NCBI GenBank assembly: GCA_030141605.1
Contig: JAQGDQ010000345.1
Location: forward strand, 124,001 to 188,000
Source of the DNA: Tubiluchus corallicola
Lineage: Eukaryota; Animalia; Priapulida
DNA length: 64,000 bases
Direction of reading: 5' to 3'
Shown here: positions 12,701 to 24,229 of the stretch, one piece after another
Layout: the number at the start of each line of letters is the position of its first letter
How positions within the stretch are numbered: position 1 is the first letter of the stretch
The notes under the pieces: model-generated
What the model saw: only the letters and a program-made list of their open reading frames with translations
What the model was told of the DNA's origin: nothing
Databases searched by the model: none
Program-made: the position numbers and the translations under genes

Positions 12701-14236
12701 AATGGTTCTTGTTTTACTTTAGGTAACGTCTGTGTGTAGTTACTAGTAGCGGGTGAATTCGACTTTTCTATTTCATCAGCAGATTGCACATCGTTTAATA
12801 ACAAACATGCCTCTTGAACTGCTTCTGATACTGGTTGAATTTCTGCATCAATGTTCTTTTGCTTTTCACGACCAAGTAGCTCAGTTTGTATACACCCAGT
12901 GCCCGATTCCTTAGTATTTGCAATACCATTCTGATATACAAGCTCTAATGTAGGTGGTTCCTCCCTTGGGAAAATTTTTGCTTGTGGAATCTCATTATGA
13001 GTGAGTGCAGAAAGTCTCCTTGATGCACGGGTAGGAGTCCTGAATGTTCTGATGTTTAACAAAAGTGTAAATTAGTGAAATGTAATGTGAATGATTTTAT
13101 TTAACAAGACAATAACGGTAGTAAAATGTCATGACAAAACATAAAATCTGCTTGTAATAAATTGAAGAATACAAAAGCAGCAGAAAAGTAGCAGTCTTAC
13201 AATTTCTACATTTGACCATATGACCACATCTTGCATAAATCAATATTTCTTAGGATTTCTTATATAAGCCCTAACAGTTTCTAGATAATTTTTTCAAATA
13301 CTTCAAAAAAAACATGCTGGCTCTCTTGAATTTTAGCTTTCAAAGACATTTCCAAATATTAATATCAACAATGTTGGATTTAATTTCCATCAGTGTTTGC
13401 TCATACTTGCCATAATGTCAGATTAAGAATAAATTCAAAACTTAGCAAACTACAACAGACACAGTGCACACGATCGAAAATGTCTGCAACAAATTGTCTG
13501 AAACAGATCGTTGCTTGTATGTGTTCTCGATAAATGCTCTTTTAAATACCGACATGTCACACACAGATTTTTTATTAAACGTGTTTATTTGCAGTCTCAG
13601 GCAAACTTATTCTGCTCCCGTGTGCGGATTCGATACAAATATAATTTGCATCTGACAAAACCTGATCAGACAAATAAAAAGGGAATGTAATCACTTTCTC
13701 ACATGTTATCTAATAATTGTTTGCTAGATTACCTAAAACACAGATTGCTTCATTTAAACTAAGTAAATGAGTAAGTTTATTAAAGCAACACATTACAGCT
13801 AAAAACTGATTTACGGTGTGTACGTACAGATGGTAAAAATAATTTAAAAATTTAAAAGACTACACTAAGTTATTTAGCAAATTTTGTCTGAGATGATTCG
13901 TGTCAGACAGTTTATTGCAGACGAATTTTTTGCCAGGTACGATTTGTATAAGCATATAATTCAAATGAAATTCTGTTTTTCATCAAAGCAAGGACAAAAT
14001 CAATATTTCTATAAATGTCATGATTACCTTTCATTAATCTCTGGCTTGGATCGCTTCCCAGCTAAAAGTCTGTAATCAATACAAGAAGCTCTAAGCGACT
14101 TCCGAACTCTTCCATTTCTCATCTTGTTATTTCCATAATCGTTGTGGAAGATCATTGGAGCAGAATCTGGTAAAGAAATGTTTTCTTCGAAATTTTTGCT
14201 GGTTAACACGGTTGTAGCATGTACATCACAATCCAT
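9728..14236 (-). CDS. Uncharacterised ~433-aa, probably nuclear and largely disordered protein with H3-tail-like KQTARKS motif, SUMO motifs and C-terminal coiled coil
   Basis: Exons 14236-14028, 13048-12677, 12280-11849, 10122-10082, 9975-9728; GT-AG, phases 2/2/2/1, total 1302 nt = 433 aa + TGA. The ATG is in ACCATGG context with an in-frame stop upstream. Acceptor at 14282-83; candidate 5'UTR exon donor GTGAGT at ~18412-18417. No family recognised. Confidence 0.75.
13470..13945. mobile_element. MITE-like element in intron of the uncharacterised gene
   Basis: AAAATGTCTGCAACAAATTGTCTGAAACAGATC (~13477-13510) is inverted relative to GATTCGTGTCAGACAGTTTATTGCAGACGAATTTT (~13895-13929). Confidence 0.5.
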
Positions 14237-16749
14237 GGTTCAGTTTCAGGCAAGGAAAAATTCTATTCAGTGTTTGACCTCCTAGAAAAAAAAAATAAAA
14301 CAAAAATTGCATTTTAATAATTCACCAAATCAAAACACAAGATGCCATTTTCCAGCAGCACACTTTTAGCTAATAATGCCTAACATGCAGTAGGGCCTAA
14401 TTACTTTACAAGCTAGTGAAAGATTCATATTGCAACAGATCAACGTAATTCACAATGTTCGTATAAAATCTGCATTTTTTAATACTACAGTTATTAGCTA
14501 TGCTGCCATTTTAAAATGTACACTCTCCTCAGATTACCTAAACTGTCATATAGTCTCCTTTGAAAACAAAGCGGCATTAAAAAGATTGAATTTGGGGGAA
14601 TAGATAGAGTCATGATATGTGCTTAACAGTGAAAGTTAAGCAGCATAGGACTTGTTTAGTTAATGGATTGTTGACTGATACGAAAATTGCTTCTAGGCAG
14701 TATCATGAGCTGGTCCCAAAAACTGCTCTCTTTGAAAAAGATCAATTTGATTCACATCTGAGAGTGACTATGTCATGTCTTCCGATTCACTGTCACACCA
14801 TGAAGCATTTTTCTTAATAATTAGCTAGGTTGCAAGCATGTCTTAATCATCTACATTAACCAGGTCTTGCTGCATAGTGGGTTACGAATGCTATGGGGGC
14901 GGTCAGCCCCAAGAACACTTTTGATCTATTGTAATGTTATTCAATCAATGATGCAATGCCTAAAACAATTATTTTCCCTGACGTCACTGCTTAGTACTGG
15001 AAGTTTAACACAGTGTAATATTGTTTAGTATGTTTGTACTGTTTTATGAGTAAGATACTGACACCCAAAGTTCAGTACACATTTCTGAGTGATGTAATGT
15101 ACAGGTTGATACATAATTTTTTGTTGGCCGTTTGGGTTACAGAAACGACGAATAACAATATGGAACGATGTGTTACATGAAAAGGTTACTGAACAATAGA
15201 GAATCCATCATGCAGTCAAAGTTCAGCATGAAAGGCCTGTAATCAGAAAACTAAAAGATTAAACGTTTTCAAATTGAACTGAATAACTTAGAAATTCACC
15301 GGACAACAACTCCGCCAAACATATTAGAGCTATACGAAAGACAGCAGATGGAATGCTAGGATGATGAAAAAAATAAATTAGTATTCTATAGATAAGCTTC
15401 TGAGATATCTGCATAGATGTATGCGGGTGTTGAGTTCCTTGAGTCACTACTTCAATCACACCCTTAAGAATGCAGGCTGTCCGACACATATGAGGCTTCC
15501 ACACCAAAGTTTCTGGGCGTGATAGATTCATTATTGTTTCAGCAGGACTTTGATATAATAGATTGAACTGCACTGTTACTCACAGTTTTCATACCCCTCT
15601 AGCAAAAGCTTATGAAGCACCTTGTATGTTCAAATTCATGAATTCTGTTTTATCAAACTTAGTTATTCTGGGTTTTGTTGTTTTTTGAAGTGTGCAATAT
15701 ATATATATATATACTTCTGCATATGCTGCTAGTGTTTTATTATTTTATCTACTTAACCCCAGATATGAGTAAATCACAGTTGAGAAGTCTTGCCATATTA
15801 GCACAGCAAATGGCAGATGAACTACCATACATTTTACCAATGTCATTAAAGGTTTTGCTTGAATAGAAAAGTATGAAAAATAGCTTGTGGAACATTATAG
15901 CTATTTTTTTCACTTAAGAATAAGCATAAGTTAACAAATTTACTTGTATACATGTACATAATTTCCAGTTTTTGATATGAGTTTAACAAAAAAAAGCATG
16001 TTTCATGCATATGTATATTTTACCAGGCATGGGGCATCAAACTCAAGGAGTACAATAGGCAGCACAAGCTCAGTTTAAACAAGTACAGTTTAATTAGACC
16101 ATACTGCTAAACATTGGTCATCACATAAAACTCTGATAAACTGATTAGTTTGTAGACACAAATAGCAAATGATATCACATCTGCTGCAAGAGTGCATATT
16201 GTCAGTAATAATAGTAAATGCAAGTTAATACACTGGAATAATATAATTGCATAAGTGACATAAAACTATTTTAGCTTTGGGTATCGTGCTAACAAAATCG
16301 TTTGAAAAGCAAAATCTTAACATGCATTATGCAGGGCTTCACCTTATCATGTTAAGGTTTATAAGTTTATTGTAATATACAATATACAAAAGCAAACGAA
16401 AATATTATTTTTACAAGCACAATAAAAATAAAGTACAGCTTGTAAAGCAAGTGTTAAAAAACATCGAGTCTACAACGATATTTTTATGACGTGAAGGTGT
16501 TGAAGTCCACTGACTTATTCACCCCAATCACCCATTTATGTAGCAATAAATGGCCTACATACTTAACTTTTGTTAGCTGACTTATAAAATACAAATTAAG
16601 ACCTATTAAGGACAATTAAAATCTTAATTAAAAACAGTAAAGATTATGATAATAAAGTGACTTAAATCACTTCAAGCCATTAAACTTACTTCTATAATAT
16701 ATATATTATAATAGCAAGTAATATAGTCTCATAGTCATAATTAGTGCCC

Positions 16750-18148
16750 TACGAGAATTTATGATCTGAGCAACACAGCAGTTGTTTTGGGAATTCAAAA
16801 AGTGCATCGATAAGCCTAAAATAGAAGAAGCTATAGCAATGAGAGATAACCAAGGTGAGATCCAATAGGACCCAGAAAAAATTAAGACGATTAAAATGAA
16901 ATTGTCCGACAGGGAACAGTGCTGGGACCATTATTATGTTGTGATGCAATAAACCGGATTAATGAGATGTGACGACAGAGAGTGTAATGGGCAGGAATAT
17001 ACATGTGGGTATGTTATTATTTATTGATGATATTGTGGGAATAGGACAAGAAACCATAATCAAACAGACGATTAAAAACTGTCAAGAAATTGAAAGAACC
17101 AAAAGATTATCATTCAATATACAAAAAACACAATATATGAGAACAAACATGACACGAAAGAATAGGATTCCAGTATTATGTGAGTCACTAAGGAACGGAG
17201 AGGTTAAGGAAGCAAAGGAATACCAATATTTGGGAGATTGGTTTAATACAATAGGAAGTGAGCTGAAACTGGGAGATTGCTCAATAGGGGTTAAACTAAT
17301 GCTATACGAGCTTCTTTCAGTGAGTGCAGTGCTAAATAGTTCTGAAACATGGTCAAATTTGATAACCACTGATTGGGAGAAATTAGAAAAAATTCAAGCA
17401 AATGCTTTAAAACCTTATTTAATTTTAGCAAATCAACACCATACTGGGGATTAGTAATGTTCTATCGGAAATTACTGATTAGTAAACCAAAGAGATTAGC
17501 ATCAGAGGCACTCGAAATGCAAATAAACAGTGCACATGAAAAGTCATGGTATAATGAAGTAGTTGAGGCTGCAGAAAAACATACCATAGATGCTAATAAA
17601 GAAAGGGTGAAGGTCTTGAAAAAGTCTGAATGGAAAAAAGAAATAAAGAATAAGAATGAATGCTTTATAAGGAATGAATGTGCAGAAAAATGCAGGAGCA
17701 GCACTAAATTAAGATTTTTAAAACATACTAAGTGGAAACGACAAAATTACATAGCCACAAGCCAGAAGAGGTTAAAGATATATTGAAAATAAGACTGAAT
17801 ATGATTAAAGTTAAAGGAAACTACAAGAATGAGTTTAAGGAACAGTTATTATGACCAGTGTGTGGGGAAGATGATGATACTACTGAACATGTGCTTAAAT
17901 GTGGCAGATATGCAGAATGGAAGAAAAATTTGAACCCGGATATATTAATGAACAGTGAAAAAGGAGCATTGCTAAAAATCAGAAATCTAGTGAACGAATG
18001 CATGGAATACAGGATAAAGACAAATAAAGACATTAAAGTGGGAAAAGACAACTAAAAGATCAGCGTTACAGAAAAATAGACTTTGTGCCCTATAAAGGTG
18101 CCCGCCTCTGATAGGTGGAGAGAGTCGAGTATCGCAAGCGCAAGCGCA
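16750..18148 (+). mobile_element. Decayed 5'-truncated non-LTR retrotransposon (Proto2-like), copy 1
   Basis: RT motifs KCID (cf. KCFD), IVRQGTVLGPLL (from 16901), LLFIDDIV, EYQYLGDW, SSETWSNL and STPYWGL. C-terminal zinc knuckle (C)PVCGEDDDTTEHVLKC with TGA in place of the first Cys. Frameshifts and deletions present; hexamer tail ATCGCAAGCGCAAGCGCAA. Clade assignment is tentative. Confidence 0.85.
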
Positions 18149-19240
18149 AAAAACACGTTCATTTGTATAGGCTACACAGTATTGCCCATCACTGCTGTGA
18201 GTCAGTGCTGTATTTCGGGAAATAATATTTCAAAAATTGAATAGCAAGACGACAAACAGCAATTAAATAATTAAAATTAACAACGAAGTTACGACGAAAA
18301 GTACAATGACTACGACATAGACATATAAAACAAACAATACTATAAAAATCAATAAACACATACAATTTCTAGTCGCTTTTGTAAAAACTAACTGTAGACG
18401 GCCTCAAACATACTCACATTTATTGAGAGAGTACCAAAACAATAACATTACAATGTAATTTTTTACGAGCCTGACTGTCTGCAATTTGACGTCGTGAAGA
18501 GGCATCACTGGAAATCATTATTGAGTTTTTCTTTTTTGCCAGTGTAATCATTGTTGCACACTTCATGGATTTTAGTGACTCACACCGAACCACAAAGGTT
18601 ATGCCGGATGAAAATCAAATTGAATGATCTAGCCTGACCTGTCACAGAAAGACATGTACGCAGAAAATTATTAATTTTTAATTTTTAACAAGGACTAATA
18701 GCAAATCAATAATAGCAAAATAATAAAATTAGTTTTTAATTTTAATCCTATAATTGCAAATTTGTTATTAAAATTTTGACTTGATATTGCAAATTTTTAG
18801 CACATATAGCTGTGCTCATTACTGATGTGTCTTATGCGTAATGCTTTTTTGCGATAATAAGAATATAAAATAGATGAAAAATGCAAAATAAATAGAGCCT
18901 CTGAAATAACTTGCTATTGCAATAACACAGAAATGCAAATTTCAAAAGCTGAAATGCAGGTTCAAAATTTCATGGAGGATTTCTATTAAACAATAAAGCT
19001 AATAATGCGATTCTTACTGTTGATGGCGATGATGATGACGATGGTGACAAAGATGGTAATGATGATGATGATGATAATCTGACAATCAATCGTTTTCTGC
19101 GAATCAATAGTAGCATGTTTTAATTTTGACAGTATGAATTATGAAGACGCCACAAGCACAACAAAAGATGTAAATCGAACCAAAACCTTGGTTATCATTA
19201 ACAGTGAAAGATTATTATCTACTATTATATTAATATTCTT

Positions 19241-19276
<36 letters not shown>

Positions 19277-19734
19277 ATACGAGGCTACAGCCCGGACGAG
19301 GGCACCATTTGCGGCGATCTATATATCAAACGAAAGGTCTCGATCTAGTGTCGTGCCATTGATGGTTTATTTTTCGAATCGGGCCCACCGGGAGGAACGG
19401 GAGGCGAAAAACCTCCAAAAATGGCCATTTTTCGGCCGTTTTTTGCAAAAGTTATACGGCTGAGATGTAGAGAACGGGAACGGGCCGAGGGGGGTGCTGG
19501 GTATGGATAGATAGCCCGTTCAGCGGTGGGTGTAGTAGGCCTATTTAGAATTCCCGAGAGGGCCACGGCGCCCCACAACGGGCGTTTTCCCGGACCCAAC
19601 TCGCGATTTTTTCGAAATTTTGAAAAATGTTTGGAATGGTTTTGTTGTAATGCTGTGCTGTTGGTGCTTGTGCTATAGGTGTTGTCATCGTTGCCACCAT
19701 CATCATCATCATCATCAACATCATGATCACCACG

Positions 19735-20986
19735 TGAGGTGGTGGATTTGATGTGGTGTGGTGGTGGTGTGCTTTGTGTGTTGTGCTATGGATGGTGTGG
19801 TGGGGTGATAGGGTGTGTGGGGTGTAGTGTGGGTAGTGTGGTATGGAGTGGGTGGCGTGGTGTGTGGGTGTTGTAGTGCAGTGTGGTGTTATGGTGTGGT
19901 GCAGTGTGGTGTGATGTGGTGGAGTATTATGGTGTGGGTGGTGTGGTGTGTGGGTGGTGCGGTGTGGTGTGGTGTGGTGCAGTGGTATGGTGTGGTGCAG
20001 TGTGGTGTGATGTGGTGGAGTCGTATGGTGTGGTTGGTGTGGTGTGGTATGTGGGTCGTGCGGTGTGCTGCAGTGGTATGTTGTGGTGCGGTGTGGTGTG
20101 ATGTGGTGGAGTGGTATGGTGTGGGTGGTGTGGTGTGTAGTGGGTGGGTGGTGTGGTGCAGTGTGGTGTTATGGTGCCGTGCTGTGCGGTGTGATGTGGT
20201 GGAGTATTATGGTGTGGGTGGTGTGGTGTGGTGTGTGGGTGGTGTGGTGCAGTGGTATGGTGTGGTGCAGTGTGGTGTGATGTGGTGGAGTCGTATGGTG
20301 TGGGTGGTGTGGTGTGTGGGTGGTGCGGTGTGCTGCAGCGGTATGGTGTGGTGCGGTGTGGTGTGTAGGTGGGTGGGTGGTGTGGTGCAGTGTGGTGTTA
20401 TGGTGTGGTGCTGTGTGGTGTGGTGTTATGGTGTGGTGCTGTGCGGTGTGATGTGGTGGAGTATTATGGTGTGGGTGGTGTGGTGTGTTGGTGGTGTGGT
20501 GCAGTGGTATGGTGTGGTGCAGTGTGGTGTGATGTGGTGGAGTCGTATGGTGTGGGTGGTGTGGTGTGTGGGTGGTGCGGTGTGCTGCAGCGGTATGGTG
20601 TGGTGCAGTGTGGTGTGTAGGTGGGTGGGTGGTGTGGTACAGTGTGGTGTTATGGTGTGGTGCTGTGTGGTGTGGTGCAGTGTGGTGTTATGGTGTGGTG
20701 CTGTGCGGTGTGATGTGGTGGAGTATTATGGTGTGGGTGGTGTGGTGTGTGGGTGGTGTGGTGCAGTGGTATGGTGTGGTGCAGTGTGGTGTGATGTGGT
20801 GGAGTGGTATGGTGTGGGTGGTGTGGTGTGTAGGTGGTATGGTGTGGTGTGGGTGGTGTGGTGTGTAGGTGGGTGGGTGGTGTGGTGCAGTGTGGTGTTA
20901 TGGTGTGGTGCTGTGTGGTGTGATGTGGTGGAGTGGTATGGTGTGGTGCAGTGTGGTGTGATGAGGTGGAGTGGTGTGGTGTGGGT
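19735..20986 (+). repeat. GT-rich (GGTGT/GTG) degenerate micro/minisatellite with ~260-280-bp higher-order unit
   Basis: Marker GAGTATTATGG recurs at ~19922, 20202, 20459 and 20721, followed by the same ordered sub-blocks. Confidence 0.95.
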
Positions 20987-21032
20987 TTTGTGTTGATTTG
21001 TGCACAAAATTCTTTTTGTGGGGTTTGGCTAG

Positions 21033-21214
<182 letters not shown>

Positions 21215-22429
21215 AGCCTTGAAATGGTTATTTTAATATAAATCCCTGCTGTGAGTTGTTTAGTGCCAATAACACCTGTTTTTTTTTATCATAAATGCGC
21301 CTGCATGTACTTCTTACCGTTAAACATACACACATTAGATGCGAAATGTTACAATTGTATTGAAAGGTTGCCTTCAAAATAGTAACTTGGTAATTGTACA
21401 GTTAATATAGCAGCTGCATTCGCCAATGCAGTGCAGCCACTACATTAATTTGCATCATCACATTCCCTGCAGCAAACAACACACACCACATGTATGTATA
21501 GGTTATGCAGACATGGTTAACAAACTAACGGACAAAATATAATAAACTATTTCTCTCTTATTGTCAGTATAGTGTTGCTCTCCACATAATCTTGCCAATT
21601 CATTATCATTGTCATCATCATTATCAGAGGCATAAACATCATCATTGTCATTGTAATTATCTTCATTAATAATGTGATCATCATCATCATCTTCACCACC
21701 TCATCATTATCATCGTGTAGTTAGAGCAATTCATGAAAGACTATTTGGAAGTTCACTTTTTGCTAATGCTTTACTGGACCGTTTATATTCTAGTTTTACA
21801 AGTTTTGCAACGTGTATTATCATATAAAAGCTATGATATTTAATTTCCCTTCACAATAGTAATACAATTCTCTTAACAATTATTATTGTAAATATAGTGG
21901 CGCTAAAAAGGGCGACAGGAAGAAGTTTCGTTCATTCAGCATAATTGCTTTATATAGTATGTTCTAATTATAAATGAGTGATATTTAGATTTTCCATTTC
22001 ATCGTAATTAAATTGTGTAATGTGTGCTATCATTTTATTACTAACAGATAAATGAAGCAAATTCTAGTAATTTTTATTTGAATCACAACTTTCTGTAAGA
22101 GCAGTTAGTTTTATTACGCGGACATTATTTTTGCAACACGTAGACTATTTATTACGTTACTTTTGATAAAAGCTTTATTCAATTCTCCAAAGCATGTATA
22201 CTGGGAGAAGTAGTACCAAAAACTGTAATATAGAGCATGCAGCCTAGAACAGTGGGTCTTGCTAATTGGCATCTTTGACGATCCCTTGACGGTGCTGCCA
22301 CCGGGCGGACGTGGTGGCAGTGCAACGTTCCAGAAAAGAAGTCCCATATTAAAAAACAACGGGGTCAGACCAAAGTGGTCAGACTGTGATTTTGTCTGAA
22401 GCTTTAGGCTTGATGACACGAGTAAAAGG

Positions 22430-24229
22430 ATGTCTGTTGCTAAGGTAATTACTTTAGCAATATGTTTTTAAAATTTGCATTGCAGTATATAATTTTTTAC
22501 TTCAGAAAATCAGTCAGTTGGGGGACCCTGCAAAAATAATTTTTCAAGAAAAGTACTTGTCAAATGAAAAGATAACCGTAACAAATGTAAGACATCTAGC
22601 AGAAGACAGAGGGCATAATAAAAATAATGTTTAGAGGGAGGTTAGTATTAAATGAAAAGTAAGTGACAGTAATAAGAACTCTGTCAGGTGTAAATAGTTG
22701 AATAAACTGCAACTCTAGATTCTTCTTCTAGTACTAGAAACAAAACTGATTAATAAATGGCTAAAATATGAGAGAGAGCTACCCTGAGTCTTGTGGCTCT
22801 TGCAGCCACTGTTTTTATATTTTATAACCACATGCACCTAATTGATTTTAACCTGTGTCTTTTCAGACTTACGAAATTGATTTTGGAATGACATGTGAAG
22901 GATGTCTAGGTGCAGCGAAAAGAGTTCTTGCAAAAGTTAATGGTAACCTGTGATGCAGGCGCGGAGTATGGCAGTAGCCGAAGTAGGAGACTTCTGCTGA
23001 AGCGCATGTACTAAATTTCCGGAAAAGCAGTGTCGTACATAGGCAGCCCAATTAGGGCACTGGTAATCTCTGTCGAAAATCGAGAATTATGACAATTGTC
23101 CTGCTTCGGCTAGTGTGCTACTCCGCTCCCAACATGTGACATGTGTTTCATATTTTTAAAGCCCGCTCTGCACATGTTGATGACATATTTAATGTGATAC
23201 TAGAGTATCGCAATGTATGCAATTTCTACCTCTTTGCTCTCGAACTGGATTAAAATAATTGCCAACAAATTCTGTACAATTTGGTACAATAAATTATATC
23301 ATTTAGCATAGAATATCAACACTTAATATCAACATTTATAAACATGTATAGATGTACTCTAATGCAAACTAGTGCCTCATTTTATTCTTCAGAATTTATT
23401 TGCATTTTGAGTTAATCATAACAAATACTAATTTGTTAACTATTGTAATGTGAAACTATTTTTTCAGGCCTGTAGTGCTATTTCTATTCATGGTCAGTAC
23501 AGAGATGATGAGTTCACATAATGTCTTCTTGTCAATATTTCTGTAATGCATTAATAACATGTCTTAATTCCGTGTTATTTGTCCTCAAGTTTCCTTTGCA
23601 GCATTGTACAATAAGCCTTTTCACAGTTCCAGCGATTGATGATGATCTCGAAAAGGTCAAAGGTTAAGTGAACCAGACAACAATTTGTGCAAACTTGACA
23701 ATGCCTCGCAGCCTATGCTATTGTTATAGTAACAGTTTTAACAGCTGGCTAGAATTTTACCTAGTTCATTTTTTCTTGTTCCCAAGCAAGATCCTGCTAT
23801 TAAATCACTCTGCACACAGACTAATGCATAATTAAGTAGAGTCCACGTAAAACTGAAGGTACTAAACTGATGCAGCAGACGGTTTCGCTTTACCCACATG
23901 TCATGTGACGGTTGTAGTTAAGACTCATTGCTATGGTACACTACAGCAACTGCACGTGTGCACAACGAAACTCTGAAAAGGCTTATTGATGTACGTCTAT
24001 GCATTACCTTGCATTGCATTCTCCTTGCGTTGCAGTGAAATCCACAAGAGTGCAAATGAGTTACTGTAACAATTTCTTTCTCTTTAAAATTTTAGTTGAC
24101 CAAGTGGAAGCTGACATAGAGAAAAGGAAGTTATACATCACTACAGACATTGCACTTGATGATGTTCTAGCTGCTCTGAAGAAGACGGGAAAATCTGTTA
24201 ACTACGTTGGTGAAAAAGCTGTGACATAA
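22430..24229 (+). CDS. ATOX1: Copper chaperone ATOX1/Atx1 (HMA domain), 74 aa, 3 coding exons
   Basis: Exons 22430-22444, 22867-22942, 24096-24229 give MSVAKTYEIDFGMTCEGCLGAAKRVLAKVNVDQVEADIEKRKLYITTDIALDDVLAALKKTGKSVNYVGEKAVT*. It has the MxCxxC Cu-binding motif and the C-terminal KKTGK of Atx1/ATOX1. Confidence 0.95.
22953..23135. mobile_element. Small MITE-like inverted-repeat element in ATOX1 intron 2
   Basis: GCGGAGTATGGCAGTAGCCGAAGTAGGA (from 22961) versus the reverse complement of TCCTGCTTCGGCTAGTGTGCTACTCCGC (ending 23126). Confidence 0.65.

Noticed and set aside
18079-18126. Hammerhead ribozyme or histone stem-loop at the LINE 3' end
   Set aside because: Lacks the CUGANGA/GAAA core and does not fit the histone stem-loop consensus.
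19735-20986. Telomere or CRISPR-like array
   Set aside because: No TTAGGG/TTAGG units and no constant repeat with unique spacers; eukaryotic context with no cas genes.
23810-23962. Two TGCACAC metal-response-element matches in ATOX1 intron 2
   Set aside because: A short motif that also occurs elsewhere in the window; none found in the proximal promoter; cannot be distinguished from chance.
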